From Propionibacteriaceae bacterium (GTDB taxonomy: Bacteria > Actinomycetota > Actinomycetes > Propionibacteriales > Propionibacteriaceae): a stretch of 31,444 nt of DNA. Below, piece after piece: positions 18,157 to 28,279 of this stretch. Each line of letters begins with the position of its first letter. The first letter of the stretch is position 1. The position numbers were made by a program, and so were the translations under genes. The notes beneath the pieces are model-generated. The model was not told where the DNA came from. It saw nothing but the letters and a program-made list of their open reading frames with translations, and ran no database searches. The stretch spans positions 1-31,444 of the forward strand of contig JAISGZ010000233.1 of NCBI GenBank assembly GCA_031262845.1, written 5' to 3'.

Positions 18157-19074
18157 TCAGGCCCGGCCTTTCCAGGGGGCCAGACGGCGCTCCAAGAGCC
18201 GGAGCAGAGCATCGGATAAAACCGCCGTCACACCGATGACGATAATCGCCAAGATCGCGATGTCGGCCCGCAGCTCCTTCTGGGACGCCCAGGCCAGGCC
18301 GCCCAGACCCGGTAAACCGTTGCTGGTTTCGGCGGCCACAATCGTGGTCCAGGCAAAACCGGTCGCCACCCGGACACCGGTGATGATGTCGGCGGCCACC
18401 GAGGGCAGGATGACGGTCCGCACCATGTCGAACCGGTTGGCGCCGAGGACGAGGGCGGCGTTGACCCGCTCGTTCCGGACTCCGGCCACCCCGGCGGCGG
18501 TGGCAATCGTGATCGGGGCGAAACTGGCCAAGGCCAAGAGCCAGACCTTCGAGGCGTCACCGATCCCAAACCACAAGATCAGCAGCGGGAAATAGCCGAG
18601 CGGCGGCAGCGCCCGGAGAAATTCCACGACCGGTCCGAGAATTCGATCCGCCACGCGGGACAGACCCAAGCCCAAGCCGAGCGGGATACCGAGGATGATT
18701 CCCCAGGCCAAACCGATCAGAACTCGTCGCAGGCTGGCCCAAAAATGGACCCAGAGATACGAACCGAGGATGCCGGGCTGACCATTGTGAGTCGTGACCG
18801 ATTGTTTGAAGGCCGCCACCACCTGTTCCGGTGAGGGCAGCAACATGGTCGAGAACCGGCCGCTGGCGCTCAGTAACCACCACAGGCCAATCGCCAACAC
18901 CGCCGCCAAGAGGCCGCCATACCAGCGCCGATTACCGGCACGGTTTTCGGCTTGGTCGATCCGACGGCTGATCCAACCCACCCGGCGACCTTCGATCGCC
19001 GTGGTCAGATTGCGGGATGAAGGCACAATTTTCCAGTCCTCAAGACAACACAACGCTGGCTCTGGAACCAACAA
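18157..19074 (-). CDS. ABC permease (TauC/SsuC-like); start uncertain
   Basis: LPSP..V, SLRRV, LPPLGYFPL, EAA-like loop and AWTTIVAAE. Confidence 0.9.
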   Translation of the reverse strand: MLVPEPALCCLEDWKIVPSSRNLTTAIEGRRVGWISRRIDQAENRAGNRRWYGGLLAAVLAIGLWWLLSASGRFSTMLLPSPEQVVAAFKQSVTTHNGQPGILGSYLWVHFWASLRRVLIGLAWGIILGIPLGLGLGLSRVADRILGPVVEFLRALPPLGYFPLLILWFGIGDASKVWLLALASFAPITIATAAGVAGVRNERVNAALVLGANRFDMVRTVILPSVAADIITGVRVATGFAWTTIVAAETSNGLPGLGGLAWASQKELRADIAILAIIVIGVTAVLSDALLRLLERRLAPWKGRA

Positions 19075-19278
19075 GCATCCGGTCCATCACCAGTTCGTTA
19101 GAGATGAGACCACGCCGAATCATACGTGGCCAAGTCAAACCAAGTCAGTCTTGATGACCTTCTTGATAAAAGGTTGACTAGGTCGACCTTAGCCGAAACC
19201 GGCCTGGCCACGACATCACCAACGGTCACTTCGAGAGTCGCCGAGCAGTGTTGTCAGTTGTCATCTCGGACAAGTTGG

Positions 19279-19959
19279 TTAAAACGCGCCAGCTTGGGCG
19301 AAGCCGGCCAACGAGGCAGCCGTGACCGTTCCCAGCGACAGCCAGGGCCCGAAGGCGAACTGCCAGCGCCGGGTCGCAATGGCCCAGATGATGGCGCAGA
19401 AACAGGCCACCAGCAGCCCCCAGAAGATTGGTTCCCACCCCAACAGGCCGAGGTTCCAACCACAGATGGTGACGTATTTGACGTCACCGAAGCCCAGACC
19501 ACCCCGTGACATCAGGTGCAGCAACCAGAACAGCCCACCGGCGCCGAGAGCGCCGACCAGAGCTGGTAACCAAGTCGCGTAACCCATCAGAATGAGGACC
19601 AGCCCGACCACCAGCGAGTGCAGGGCAACCCAGCCCAAGACCTTGTCCGGCAGGCGTTTAACATCCAAATCGACCGCTGTCAGCCACATCCCGGCGGTCG
19701 CGAACGGCAACCAGAGAAACAACCACGGCCAGCCGGTATGGCCATAGGCCACGGCCAAAGCGAACCAGGCCAGGCCAAGAATCGGCGGCAACCACCAACG
19801 AGGTCCCGGGTGCGGCAAATCACGTTCGTCATCGCGCGGACCGATGATGCGGTACTGCAACCGTGACAGGGAAGCCCGCAGTGTTAATCCGATGACCCCT
19901 CCGGCCACTCCCAGGCTGAAGATAGCCAGGATAATCAGGCCAGGGTGATAACTCGTCAT
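19279..19959 (-). CDS. Prepilin peptidase, A24 family
   Basis: VDLDVKRLPD and GLGFGDVK catalytic aspartates; FAFGPWL. Confidence 0.85.
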   Translation of the reverse strand: MTSYHPGLIILAIFSLGVAGGVIGLTLRASLSRLQYRIIGPRDDERDLPHPGPRWWLPPILGLAWFALAVAYGHTGWPWLFLWLPFATAGMWLTAVDLDVKRLPDKVLGWVALHSLVVGLVLILMGYATWLPALVGALGAGGLFWLLHLMSRGGLGFGDVKYVTICGWNLGLLGWEPIFWGLLVACFCAIIWAIATRRWQFAFGPWLSLGTVTAASLAGFAQAGAF

Positions 19960-20107
19960 GGAATGACAACTACTTTCACGGGACGAAACGTGGTTATGAG
20001 GGCGTTTTGTTTCTAGGGAGCTTAGTGCCTGATCACCGCCCAACTCAAAACCCGTTCAGCCCGGCAAACTTTTAAGAACTGGGCAAAAAATGGTCAGAAA
20101 GAGTGTT

Positions 20108-20674
20108 TCACGAGCGACGATAAACCGCTGGGCTCAACACCCCTAAACCGTTGAGGTTCCGATAACGGCCAGCATAGTCAAGGCCGTATCCGACGACGAA
20201 CTCGTCCTCGATATCAAAGCCGACGTATTTGACGGCCACCTGGCCCTGGCGAGCGGCCGGCTTGCGGAACACGGTCAGGACCTCCAAGCTGGCCGGCCCT
20301 CGGTGGCGCAGGTTCTGGACCAGATACGACAGCGTCAGCCCGGTGTCGATGATGTCTTCGACGATCAGCACGTGGCGGCCGGTCAGATCGACGTTGAGGT
20401 CTTTGAGGATGCGCAGCACGCCGGAACTGGTAGTGCCATCGCCATAGGACGAGAACGCCACCCACTGCATTTCGCAGTCGATCGTCATCGCCCGCGTCAA
20501 GTCCGCTACCGCCATGACGGCGCCGTTGAGGACCCCGACGATCAATAAGTCCTGACCGTCATAGTCCCGGTCGATCTCAGCGGCCAGTTCACGCACCCGC
20601 CGCTCGATCTGGGTCGGCTGATACAGGATGGTGGTTAAGTCGTCCCGGACATCCTCAATTTCCACGGCCCCCAC
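20108..20674 (-). CDS. hpt: Hypoxanthine phosphoribosyltransferase
   Basis: VGVLNGA, SSYG, VLIVEDIIDTGLTL and FVVGYGLDY; start approximate. Confidence 0.95.
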   Translation of the reverse strand: MGAVEIEDVRDDLTTILYQPTQIERRVRELAAEIDRDYDGQDLLIVGVLNGAVMAVADLTRAMTIDCEMQWVAFSSYGDGTTSSGVLRILKDLNVDLTGRHVLIVEDIIDTGLTLSYLVQNLRHRGPASLEVLTVFRKPAARQGQVAVKYVGFDIEDEFVVGYGLDYAGRYRNLNGLGVLSPAVYRRS

Positions 20675-20872
20675 TTTAAAGGACCGATCAGTGCTCTGTC
20701 GTGCCTCAATGGCGGGTGCTGCGTGGTGGCCGATTCGATGGCCCGCAAGGCCAAGCCGAAGGAATCGCTCGTGGGCTAGTGATGATGCCGCCAACGCCGC
20801 TGAAAACCCGCGTGAAGGCTGCGACTACGGCGTTTCACGACCCGACCGGGCACCAATAATGGTCGTGCGACT

Positions 20873-21850
20873 TCAGTGACTGTGAAAAAGTAAGTGTCCC
20901 GCCTGACGGGCCACGCGCCCCCCGGGGACATCGACACCAACTTGACCGTGCCAGTGGTTGACCAAGGCCATGATCGCCTGGACGTGGCCCCAGCCAACAT
21001 CATCGACACCTCGGCCACGCAACCAAGCCAGAACCACGCGACCGGCCAGCGCCGGTGGCAGTTCCGCCAGCTCGGTCACCGCTAAACCTGATGCCTGGGT
21101 CACCGCCAAGCCGGCTTGGGCGGCTTGCTGGTCCAACCAATCGGCGTCCTGGCGAGCCAAGTCGGCCGTCCGAGCCAAGGCCTGAGCTAAGCCTGGACCG
21201 AGCAATCGGTCCAAGTCAGCCAGGGCTTGGCGAACCTGAACCCGGCGGTAGTGGGGGTCGTCGTTCATCGGATCCTGCCACGGCTCCAGGCCCCAGTCCT
21301 GGCAGGCTTGTTCGGTTTGCGTCCGGCGAAGTGTCAAACCGGGCCGCACCACGCGGCCGCTCAACCACGGCATCCCGGCCAACGACCGCGTCCCCGACCC
21401 GCGGGCCAACCCCAGCAAGACGGTTTCGGCTTGGTCGTCCAGCGTGTGGCCGACCGCGACCAGAGTTGTGGCGTCGGCCAGCAGGGCTTGGTAGCGCTGG
21501 TGCCGGGCGTCGGCTTCCAGACCGGCACCAGTTGGCTCGACCTCGACCCGGCTGACGACGGCCGGGAGCCCGAGTGACTCGGCTTGGGCGGCGGCCCGCG
21601 CGGCCACGGTGGCGGAATCGGTTTGGAGCCCGTGATCAATCACGTGGGCGGTCACCGGCAACCCGGCCAGGGGACCGCCGGTTCGCCGCCGCGCCCAAGC
21701 CACGGCCGCGGTCAGCGCTAGGGAATCGGCGCCACCGGACAAGCCCACGGTCACGGTCGTCAGCCGGGTGGCCGCCAACGCCGCCGGCAACGCCCGTTCG
21801 ACCGCCTGAACGATGGCGAGACAAGACGGGCTGAGCGCTCGTTTAGCCAT
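20873..21850 (-). CDS. tilS: tRNA(Ile)-lysidine synthetase
   Basis: LSGGADS, GHTLDDQAET and RVRP/DPMN region; conserved tilS-hpt order. Confidence 0.94.
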   Translation of the reverse strand: MAKRALSPSCLAIVQAVERALPAALAATRLTTVTVGLSGGADSLALTAAVAWARRRTGGPLAGLPVTAHVIDHGLQTDSATVAARAAAQAESLGLPAVVSRVEVEPTGAGLEADARHQRYQALLADATTLVAVGHTLDDQAETVLLGLARGSGTRSLAGMPWLSGRVVRPGLTLRRTQTEQACQDWGLEPWQDPMNDDPHYRRVQVRQALADLDRLLGPGLAQALARTADLARQDADWLDQQAAQAGLAVTQASGLAVTELAELPPALAGRVVLAWLRGRGVDDVGWGHVQAIMALVNHWHGQVGVDVPGGRVARQAGHLLFHSH

Positions 21851-21868
21851 CAGCGGGCAACCTTTGGG

Positions 21869-23236
21869 TCACAGGCTGGCCAGGGCGGCCGTCGCCCGGT
21901 CGAGCCAGTCGCGGGCTCCGGCGTCCGTGCCATCGTGACTGGTCACGGAGAAGGCCAGGAAGGCCCCCGATCGGGTTTGGACAAAACCACCGAGCGTATG
22001 CACGCTGGTCAGCGTGCCGGTTTTGGCCCGGACCACGCCCCGGGCCGCCACTTCGCTGGGTTCGTCATAGCGCCACGACAGTCCCAAGGTGCCGACCCCG
22101 CCGGCCACTGGCAGCCCCGTGACCAGCGCCCGGTAGGCCGGATCGCGGAAACCCAAGCCGATCGCCCGGGCGATAACGGCCGGTGTCACCTGGTTGTCAT
22201 AGGACAGTCCCGATCCGTCCCGGATGACCATGCCCTCGGTCCAGAGGCCAAGTTCGGTGGCCACGGTTTGGATCGACTGTTGCGCGGCCACGATCGAACC
22301 GTCACCGCCCTGAGCCCGGCCGACGTGCCGGAACAAGACCTCGGCGACATCGTTATCCGAAGCCAACAGGCATTCTTCGATAATCGTGCGGAGCGGCGGC
22401 GAGTTGACCTCCGCTACCACGGCGGCATCGGCGGCGGCCGGGGTGGCGTTGACCGAATTGACCGTCAGACCCCGCTGGCGCAAGAGATCGGCGAACTCGG
22501 CGGCGGCATCGGCGGCCGGCGTGGTCGAGCGGCCGCCATTAGTCAGGCCCTTGTCCATCCACAGAGCACTGGTCGGACTGGTCCAGGCGTCGTCACCGTC
22601 TTCCCAAGCTTCATTCCACGTCGGTCCGGCGAACAAGGTGTCGTCGTAGCCCAAGGCCACACTCGTCGTACCGGCTGCGGCTAGAGCGGCGGCCGTCCGA
22701 TCGGCCAAATCAACCAAGGAAGCCCGGGCCGGATAGCCGCTGGCCGGTTGTTCGGTCAGGTCGGGGTCCCCCCCGCCGACCAAGATGATGCCGTCGGCCG
22801 ACGACACGACGCGAGTGGCAAAGCGGTGTTCGGCGCCGTAAATCTGAAGCGCGGCGGCCGACGTGATGAGTTTGAGGGTCGACGCCGGCACCATCAGGCC
22901 ATCGCCGTCCTGGCTAGTCAGACGTTGGTCGTCCCAGGGGTTGACGACCGCCCAGGCGACCGTGCCGGCGCCTTCGGTCGAGATCGCCGCCAGGGCCGCG
23001 GTCAGATCGGCTTCGGCTGGTACGGGTCCGGGTGCGGCCACCGGCCAGACCAGGGTCGGGGGAGCGGGGGTCGGCGTCATCGCCGGGGTGGCGTAACGAG
23101 TCGCCTCAATCGACGGTTGACCGCCGGCGACCGTCCCCACCGTCAATGCCCACAATGTCAAGCTCAGTCCCGCCAGAACGACAATTCCTGGGACGATGAC
23201 CCGGCTGGTTAAACGTTGGGCTCTAGAGTGTGTCAA
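21869..23236 (-). CDS. dacB: D-alanyl-D-alanine carboxypeptidase/endopeptidase (peptidase S13)
   Basis: PASTLK (SxxK), SDN (SxN), DGSGLS and AKTGTL (KTG); N-terminal TM segment; start uncertain. Confidence 0.93.
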   Translation of the reverse strand: MTHSRAQRLTSRVIVPGIVVLAGLSLTLWALTVGTVAGGQPSIEATRYATPAMTPTPAPPTLVWPVAAPGPVPAEADLTAALAAISTEGAGTVAWAVVNPWDDQRLTSQDGDGLMVPASTLKLITSAAALQIYGAEHRFATRVVSSADGIILVGGGDPDLTEQPASGYPARASLVDLADRTAAALAAAGTTSVALGYDDTLFAGPTWNEAWEDGDDAWTSPTSALWMDKGLTNGGRSTTPAADAAAEFADLLRQRGLTVNSVNATPAAADAAVVAEVNSPPLRTIIEECLLASDNDVAEVLFRHVGRAQGGDGSIVAAQQSIQTVATELGLWTEGMVIRDGSGLSYDNQVTPAVIARAIGLGFRDPAYRALVTGLPVAGGVGTLGLSWRYDEPSEVAARGVVRAKTGTLTSVHTLGGFVQTRSGAFLAFSVTSHDGTDAGARDWLDRATAALASL

Positions 23237-23366
23237 TTCTCACCTCCGAGCCCTATTGTGGACCCAAGCACAGTCCGCTTGTACTGTCTTCGCCGGTGCG
23301 GGCGTGTTTTGGCCCAAGGAATCGGTTCCCATTCCTGGGGACCTTCAAGGAAGAAAGAGGCTGGTG

Positions 23367-23927
23367 ATGGCTCCCGGAGTCGCCTTAAAGTTCGACGCTG
23401 CCCGACCCTCTGGTTTGGTTTTTGATGTCACGATCGAGATCCCCCGGGGTTCGAAGAATAAGTACGAACTCGATCACAAGACCGGCCGGATCCGGCTCGA
23501 CCGGACCTTGTTCACCTCTACTCAATACCCAGCTGACTACGGCTTTATTGAGGGTACGTTAGGCCAAGACAACGACCCGCTGGACGCCTTGGTGCTGGTG
23601 CCGGAGGCGACTTTCCCCGGGGCTCTGATCGAGTGCCGGGCGATCGGTATGTTCCAGATGACCGATGAGAGCGGTGGTGACGACAAGGTCATTTGCGTGC
23701 CGACGAACGACTACCGCCAGGATCACCTGCAGGACATCCACGATCTGCCCGACCACCAGTTGCTGGAAATCCAGCACTTCTTCACGGTCTACAAGGACCT
23801 GGAGCCCGGCAAGTCGGTCGAAGGCGCGTCCTGGACCGGCCGCGTGGCCGCCGAACAGGAAATCCTGGCCAGCTACGAACGGGCCAAGGGCACGCATTAC
23901 GAAGCCCACCACGTCAACCTTGCCTGA
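23367..23927 (+). CDS. ppa: Inorganic pyrophosphatase, family I
   Basis: [24 protein letters not shown] and DDKV; RBS before ATG 23367. Confidence 0.96.
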   Translation: MAPGVALKFDAARPSGLVFDVTIEIPRGSKNKYELDHKTGRIRLDRTLFTSTQYPADYGFIEGTLGQDNDPLDALVLVPEATFPGALIECRAIGMFQMTDESGGDDKVICVPTNDYRQDHLQDIHDLPDHQLLEIQHFFTVYKDLEPGKSVEGASWTGRVAAEQEILASYERAKGTHYEAHHVNLA

Positions 23928-23951
23928 TCTGTTCGATCCTTCGTTCGCTTC

Positions 23952-25181
23952 GTGACGTCGTTACCTCTGTCGTCGAATCCGACGTCGCTGGTGGTCTTGT
24001 TGGCCCCCTCGGCCAATCAGGTCTACGCCCACGATGCCCCGCGCCTAGCGGCGGCCGAGTTGGCGATCGTGCTTGGATTGCCCGTTAGCCCTGTCACCTT
24101 GGCTGGCGTTGACTACCTGGAACTGGCTGTCGCCAAACCAGTTGTTGGCTCGGACGGCTCAGCGCAGTTGGCTGAATTGCTGGACAAAGTGGCACGGTCG
24201 TCGGCGACCTTGGCGGTTTTTCAACGCCACCTCGGTCCCGATTCAACCGTCTGGTTGCAGCCGCTGGCCTTGCCGCCGCTGTCAGTCGACGACGACCTGG
24301 TGACGATCCCGAAATATCCCGGTAAGACCAACCCCCAATTCACGAGGCTGTTGCTCAACGTCACGCTGTCGCAGGTCGACCGGTCGCTGACCAGCAAGCC
24401 GCTGACCGTGCTCGATCCGATGTGCGGCCGGGGGACGACCCTGACGCCCGCCTGGTTACTCGGTCACGATGCCGCCGGCGTCGAGATCGAGACGGCGGCC
24501 GTCGAAGCCATGGCGGCTTTTCTCAAGACCTACCTGCGGCGCAAGCGCTATAAACACCAAGCCACCGTGGCTCCCGTGCGACGTGAAGGCAAGGTCCTCG
24601 GCAAGCGCCTTGATGTCACTGCCAGTTTGCCGGCTCCGCGCCCCAGGGAGGACGGCGTTCTCCGTAGTCAAGAGAGTCTTGGCGTCATGGATAGCTTGCC
24701 GGCTTCTGACGCCAGGGGAGACAGCGATCCCCGTAGTCAAGAAGGCCTTGACTTCACGACCGCCTGGCCGACTCCCAGCCCGGCCGTTGGATCGGTGGCC
24801 CAGCGCAGTCTGACCGTCTTCACGGGCGACACCCGCCAGTCGGCCGCCCTATTTGGTAAGAAGCGCTTCCCAGCCATCGTCGTCGATGCGCCCTACGGCG
24901 TCGTCCACGGCTCCCGTTCCGATGTTCGTGACGACCGCCGGAGGGATCGTTCAGCCGCTGCCTTGCTTCGTCAGGCCATTCCCGTCTGGGCTAGCCAACT
25001 AGCGGTCGGCGGGGCCTTGGGGTTGTCCTGGAATAGTCTCGGTTGGCCGCGCGAGGAGGTCCTCGACTGTCTGGCCGCGGCCGGTCTGGAGCCACGTGAT
25101 GGTGGCCCTTGGTCCGACTTGGCCCACCGGGTTGACTCGTCGATTCGGCGAGATGTCGTTGTGGCGGTCAAGGCTGTCTGA
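23952..25181 (+). CDS. SAM-dependent methyltransferase (TRM11/N-methylase-like motifs); substrate unknown
   Basis: VLDPMCGRGTT motif I and IVVDAPYG (DPPY-like motif). Confidence 0.8.
   Translation: MTSLPLSSNPTSLVVLLAPSANQVYAHDAPRLAAAELAIVLGLPVSPVTLAGVDYLELAVAKPVVGSDGSAQLAELLDKVARSSATLAVFQRHLGPDSTVWLQPLALPPLSVDDDLVTIPKYPGKTNPQFTRLLLNVTLSQVDRSLTSKPLTVLDPMCGRGTTLTPAWLLGHDAAGVEIETAAVEAMAAFLKTYLRRKRYKHQATVAPVRREGKVLGKRLDVTASLPAPRPREDGVLRSQESLGVMDSLPASDARGDSDPRSQEGLDFTTAWPTPSPAVGSVAQRSLTVFTGDTRQSAALFGKKRFPAIVVDAPYGVVHGSRSDVRDDRRRDRSAAALLRQAIPVWASQLAVGGALGLSWNSLGWPREEVLDCLAAAGLEPRDGGPWSDLAHRVDSSIRRDVVVAVKAV
24624..24761 (+). repeat. Imperfect 69-bp in-frame tandem duplication
   Basis: SLPAPRPREDGVLRSQESLGVMD / SLPASDARGDSDPRSQEGLDFTT; units start at 24624 and 24693. 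Confidence 0.75.
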
Positions 25182-25409
25182 TCCGCACTGCCCACCTTCA
25201 ACCGCACCAAAGTTTTCGGTTGTTGTTCCCGTTCGGCACCGGGAGCAGCAGGCTGAACCTTGAGGTGCGATAACCAGAAAGTGCGACCAAACCGGTGATT
25301 TCCCGACCATGACTTTGACCATCGAGGTAGCGGAGCTGCTCATTCGGTCCACCGTTTCATGGTTCCCACCTGGCACACAGTTCAGTTCGCAACCGCTAAC
25401 GTTCGTCGC

Positions 25410-25913
25410 ATGAATCCTGTCCGGACCGTGTACCTGATGCGTCACGCTCACGCCAGCGCCAGTCATCTGCTCAGTGACCGGAACCGGCCGCTCGATCAGC
25501 TCGGCCACGACCAAGCCGCTCGGATCGGTGCCCAACTGACCGGGGCTGGTATTGAATGGGTGCTCGTCTCGTCGGCTGCCCGGACCCGGCAAACCGTGGC
25601 TGACTTGCGGTTGGGTGTTGAAGTCGAACCGCTCGACGCTCTCTACGATGGCGGCACGGGGACTTACCTGGACTATCTCCACGAAGTCGACGAGGCCCTG
25701 GGCACGGTCCTCTTAGTCGGTCACAACCCCAGCATCGCCGGCTTGGTCTACCGCCTAGCCGACCCGGCGACCTCGGATCCGACGGCCTTAGCCCTCGTCA
25801 CCAGCCAGTTTCCGACCGCCACCTGTTGCCAGTTGGATTTCACGGGCAGTTGGGACAGCCTGCGCCAAGCCCGGCTGGTCCGGACTCTGCGACCGTCCTA
25901 CCCATCGTCGTAG
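25410..25913 (+). CDS. SixA-like histidine phosphatase
   Basis: LMRHAHA, DRNRPL, SSAARTRQT and LVGHNP; TAACGT-N7-ATG. Confidence 0.9.
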   Translation: MNPVRTVYLMRHAHASASHLLSDRNRPLDQLGHDQAARIGAQLTGAGIEWVLVSSAARTRQTVADLRLGVEVEPLDALYDGGTGTYLDYLHEVDEALGTVLLVGHNPSIAGLVYRLADPATSDPTALALVTSQFPTATCCQLDFTGSWDSLRQARLVRTLRPSYPSS

Positions 25914-26253
25914 TCCGAGAGAATTCCTCCACTCGAACGTTGCCGCGCACCAGAAAACCACCGCTTCCCACCTCACACCTCCACACCACGGACCTCACCT
26001 AGCGCGCCTAGTGCCTTGTCGCGTCCCGATTGCTCCTTCGAATGGCGACGACAACGCCGCTCGGACCCCACCGGGTGCCCGAGCACGTAGTTAATACGTA
26101 ATTTTCCCTTCGAGACAATTCTTTGACGCGACAGACCGCGAAACACTACGCAGTCTCTCCTAAGTTCCGTCCAGAAATTCGACCAGAACCGCTTCTTAAC
26201 GTGACGCCTGCGGCGACCGACTCCTCACGGTCGACTAGGACGGAGAGCGCACC

Positions 26254-27324
26254 ATGACACCAACCCTCGTGTGGAACCCCGAGGCCACGCATCAGATTCG
26301 CCAGTCTCACGGGGCGGTCTATTTGCCCAACCGATCGGTGAGACGAGAATGTGTTGACGTCTTGACTCCGACACACCTGCCGTCTGACCGTTCTTTGAGG
26401 CCGGAAGCGGTCAACCTCTTTACTCAGGCGCCCCTGCCGTCCGACCGTTCGTTGAGACCGGAAACGGGATCATCGCCAACTCAGTCATCACCCTCAGCCG
26501 CCCGATCCTTGCCGCACGACGGTTTATCGAGCCCGGAAACTGGGGCACCGCTGGCCCCGTCCTCCGGTCCGACGCTCTTGCTGTTGGGACCGGTTCAGTT
26601 GCACGGCGCTCAAGGCCAGCCGCCCAACCGGGCGACGTCGGCTTGTCTGGAATATCTCGCTTGGTTGCTCGGCCATCCGGGCGCGTCAGCCCGGGCCATG
26701 ACGCGCGATCTGGTTGTCGCTGACAGTACGCGCCGCGGCAATTTGTGCCGGTTGCGGTCCTGGCTTGGGCGAACCGACGAGGGTGAGCTATACCTGCCGG
26801 AGGCTTACGGCGGCCGCCTGCAGCTGCATCCGGCAGTGGGATCTGATTGGCGCTACTTCCGCTGGTTGACGGCCCGCGGGTTGGCTGTAACGCCGACTGA
26901 GGATTTAATCACGGCCCTTCGCCTGGTCCGAGGTGAACCTCTGACCGATCAGCGGCTGGGCGGCCAATCGTGGCCGTGGGCTGATGCTTGGCGCGTCGTC
27001 ATGTGCGACGCAATCCGCCAAGTGGGCGCCACTGTGGCCGAGCGGGCGCTCACCGCCGGCCACCTCGACCAAGCCCGCTGGGCCGTGAATCAAGCCTTGT
27101 CAGCCGTTGGTCACGACGAAACCTTGCTCCGCCTACGACTCGAAACCGAGCAGCGGTCAGGTCACACCAGTGAAGTCGATCGCTTGATCGCCCGCCTCCA
27201 TCGCCTAACCATTGAGATCGGAGCCGACTTACAACCCCGAACCCTCGATCTCCTACGTGAGATCGCCCACCGCCGATTACGCGGCACGCCCTGGTTATGC
27301 CGAGTTTCGGAAGTGACGAGTTAA
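26254..27324 (+). CDS. Hypothetical protein with C-terminal BTAD-like helical region
   Basis: RBS before ATG 26254; LLGPVQL, AVGSDW, ALRLVRGEP and ARWAVNQAL, recalled from actinobacterial BTAD-like proteins. Confidence 0.6.
   Translation: MTPTLVWNPEATHQIRQSHGAVYLPNRSVRRECVDVLTPTHLPSDRSLRPEAVNLFTQAPLPSDRSLRPETGSSPTQSSPSAARSLPHDGLSSPETGAPLAPSSGPTLLLLGPVQLHGAQGQPPNRATSACLEYLAWLLGHPGASARAMTRDLVVADSTRRGNLCRLRSWLGRTDEGELYLPEAYGGRLQLHPAVGSDWRYFRWLTARGLAVTPTEDLITALRLVRGEPLTDQRLGGQSWPWADAWRVVMCDAIRQVGATVAERALTAGHLDQARWAVNQALSAVGHDETLLRLRLETEQRSGHTSEVDRLIARLHRLTIEIGADLQPRTLDLLREIAHRRLRGTPWLCRVSEVTS
26376..26468 (+). repeat. 57-bp-period in-frame repeat (LPSDRSLRPE twice; degenerate third copy near 26509)
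   Basis: cctgccgtctgaccgttctttgaggccggaagcgg at 26376 and cctgccgtccgaccgttcgttgagaccggaaacgg at 26433. Confidence 0.75.
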
Positions 27325-27328
27325 GGCG

Positions 27329-28279
27329 CTAGCGCTGAGCCGCCAGGTCAACTAACTGCACGAGGACGTCGGCCAAACTCTCACCGGCGGCTTCGATCGC
27401 CAACGGCACGGTTGAGGTTTCGGTCATCCCCGGCGACACATTCCCTTCGAGGAACACGGGCACGCCTTGGTCGTTCACGATCAGGTCGACGCGACCGTAA
27501 TCCCGCTGGTCAAGGGCTTGCCAGACCCGCAACGCAGTGTCTTGGCAACGCTCGATGACGGCGCTGTCGAGGGCCGCTGGACAGATGAACTGGGTCGCCC
27601 CCGGTGTGTAACGGGCTTCGTAATCGTAGGCACCGGAATCGGGGCGGATTTCGACCGGCGCGTAGACCTTCGGGCCAGCACCGGTGTCGGTGATCGTGAC
27701 CGTGACCTCGGTCCCGGTGATGAACTCTTCGACCACGGCGACGTGGCTGAGGTTGAAGGCCTTGACCATGGCTTGAGGTAATTCGGCCGCCGTCTCGACC
27801 CGGGTGGTCCCGAGGGCCGAACCGGACTTGGCCGGCTTGACGAACAGGGGCAAGCCCAGCTGGTTGACGATGTGTTCGACGATGGCTGCCGCGCCCAACT
27901 CCCGGAACATATCGTGCGGCAACACCACTCGGCGCGGCACCTCCACCCCGGACCTGGCCACCACCGGCGTCGCCAACGCCTTGTCGTAGGTCAGGCGGCA
28001 AGACGGCGCGGTCGAACCGACGTAAGGCACACCGATCAAGTCGAAAACTTCGCGCAGAGCGCCATCTTCACCTGTCCCGCCGTGCAGCACGGACAACACG
28101 ACCGGCTGGTTGAGGGCGGTCAAATCGCCGATCAACCCGGCGCCGACATCAGCTTCGATAACCTGACGGCCACGTTCGCGCAGAGCCGCCGTGACGCGGC
28201 GGCCGGAAGCCAACGACACCTCCCGTTCGTGGCTGAGACCGCCAGCCAGAACAACAATCGGGCGGCTTGTTTGGGTCAT
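27329..28279 (-). CDS. D-alanine--D-alanine ligase-like ATP-grasp protein
   Basis: GGLSHEREVSLASG, LHGGTGEDG, FVKP, YDYEARY and EGNVSPGMT; AAGGAG RBS; ATGA overlap with the upstream gene. Confidence 0.9.
   Translation of the reverse strand: MTQTSRPIVVLAGGLSHEREVSLASGRRVTAALRERGRQVIEADVGAGLIGDLTALNQPVVLSVLHGGTGEDGALREVFDLIGVPYVGSTAPSCRLTYDKALATPVVARSGVEVPRRVVLPHDMFRELGAAAIVEHIVNQLGLPLFVKPAKSGSALGTTRVETAAELPQAMVKAFNLSHVAVVEEFITGTEVTVTITDTGAGPKVYAPVEIRPDSGAYDYEARYTPGATQFICPAALDSAVIERCQDTALRVWQALDQRDYGRVDLIVNDQGVPVFLEGNVSPGMTETSTVPLAIEAAGESLADVLVQLVDLAAQR

Noticed and set aside
19085-19170. SAM-I riboswitch (TTATCAAGA on the minus strand) before the transporter
   Set aside because: No GGCAACC, GGTGC or closing P1 strand follows.
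20104-20119. parS sites (GTTTCACG here, and near 20831 and 29531)
   Set aside because: Half-sites only; none completes GTTTCACGTGAAAC.
25195-25260. AAC-rich minus-strand stretch as a possible DGR template repeat
   Set aside because: It does not align with the NACHT 3' end outside the AAC run.
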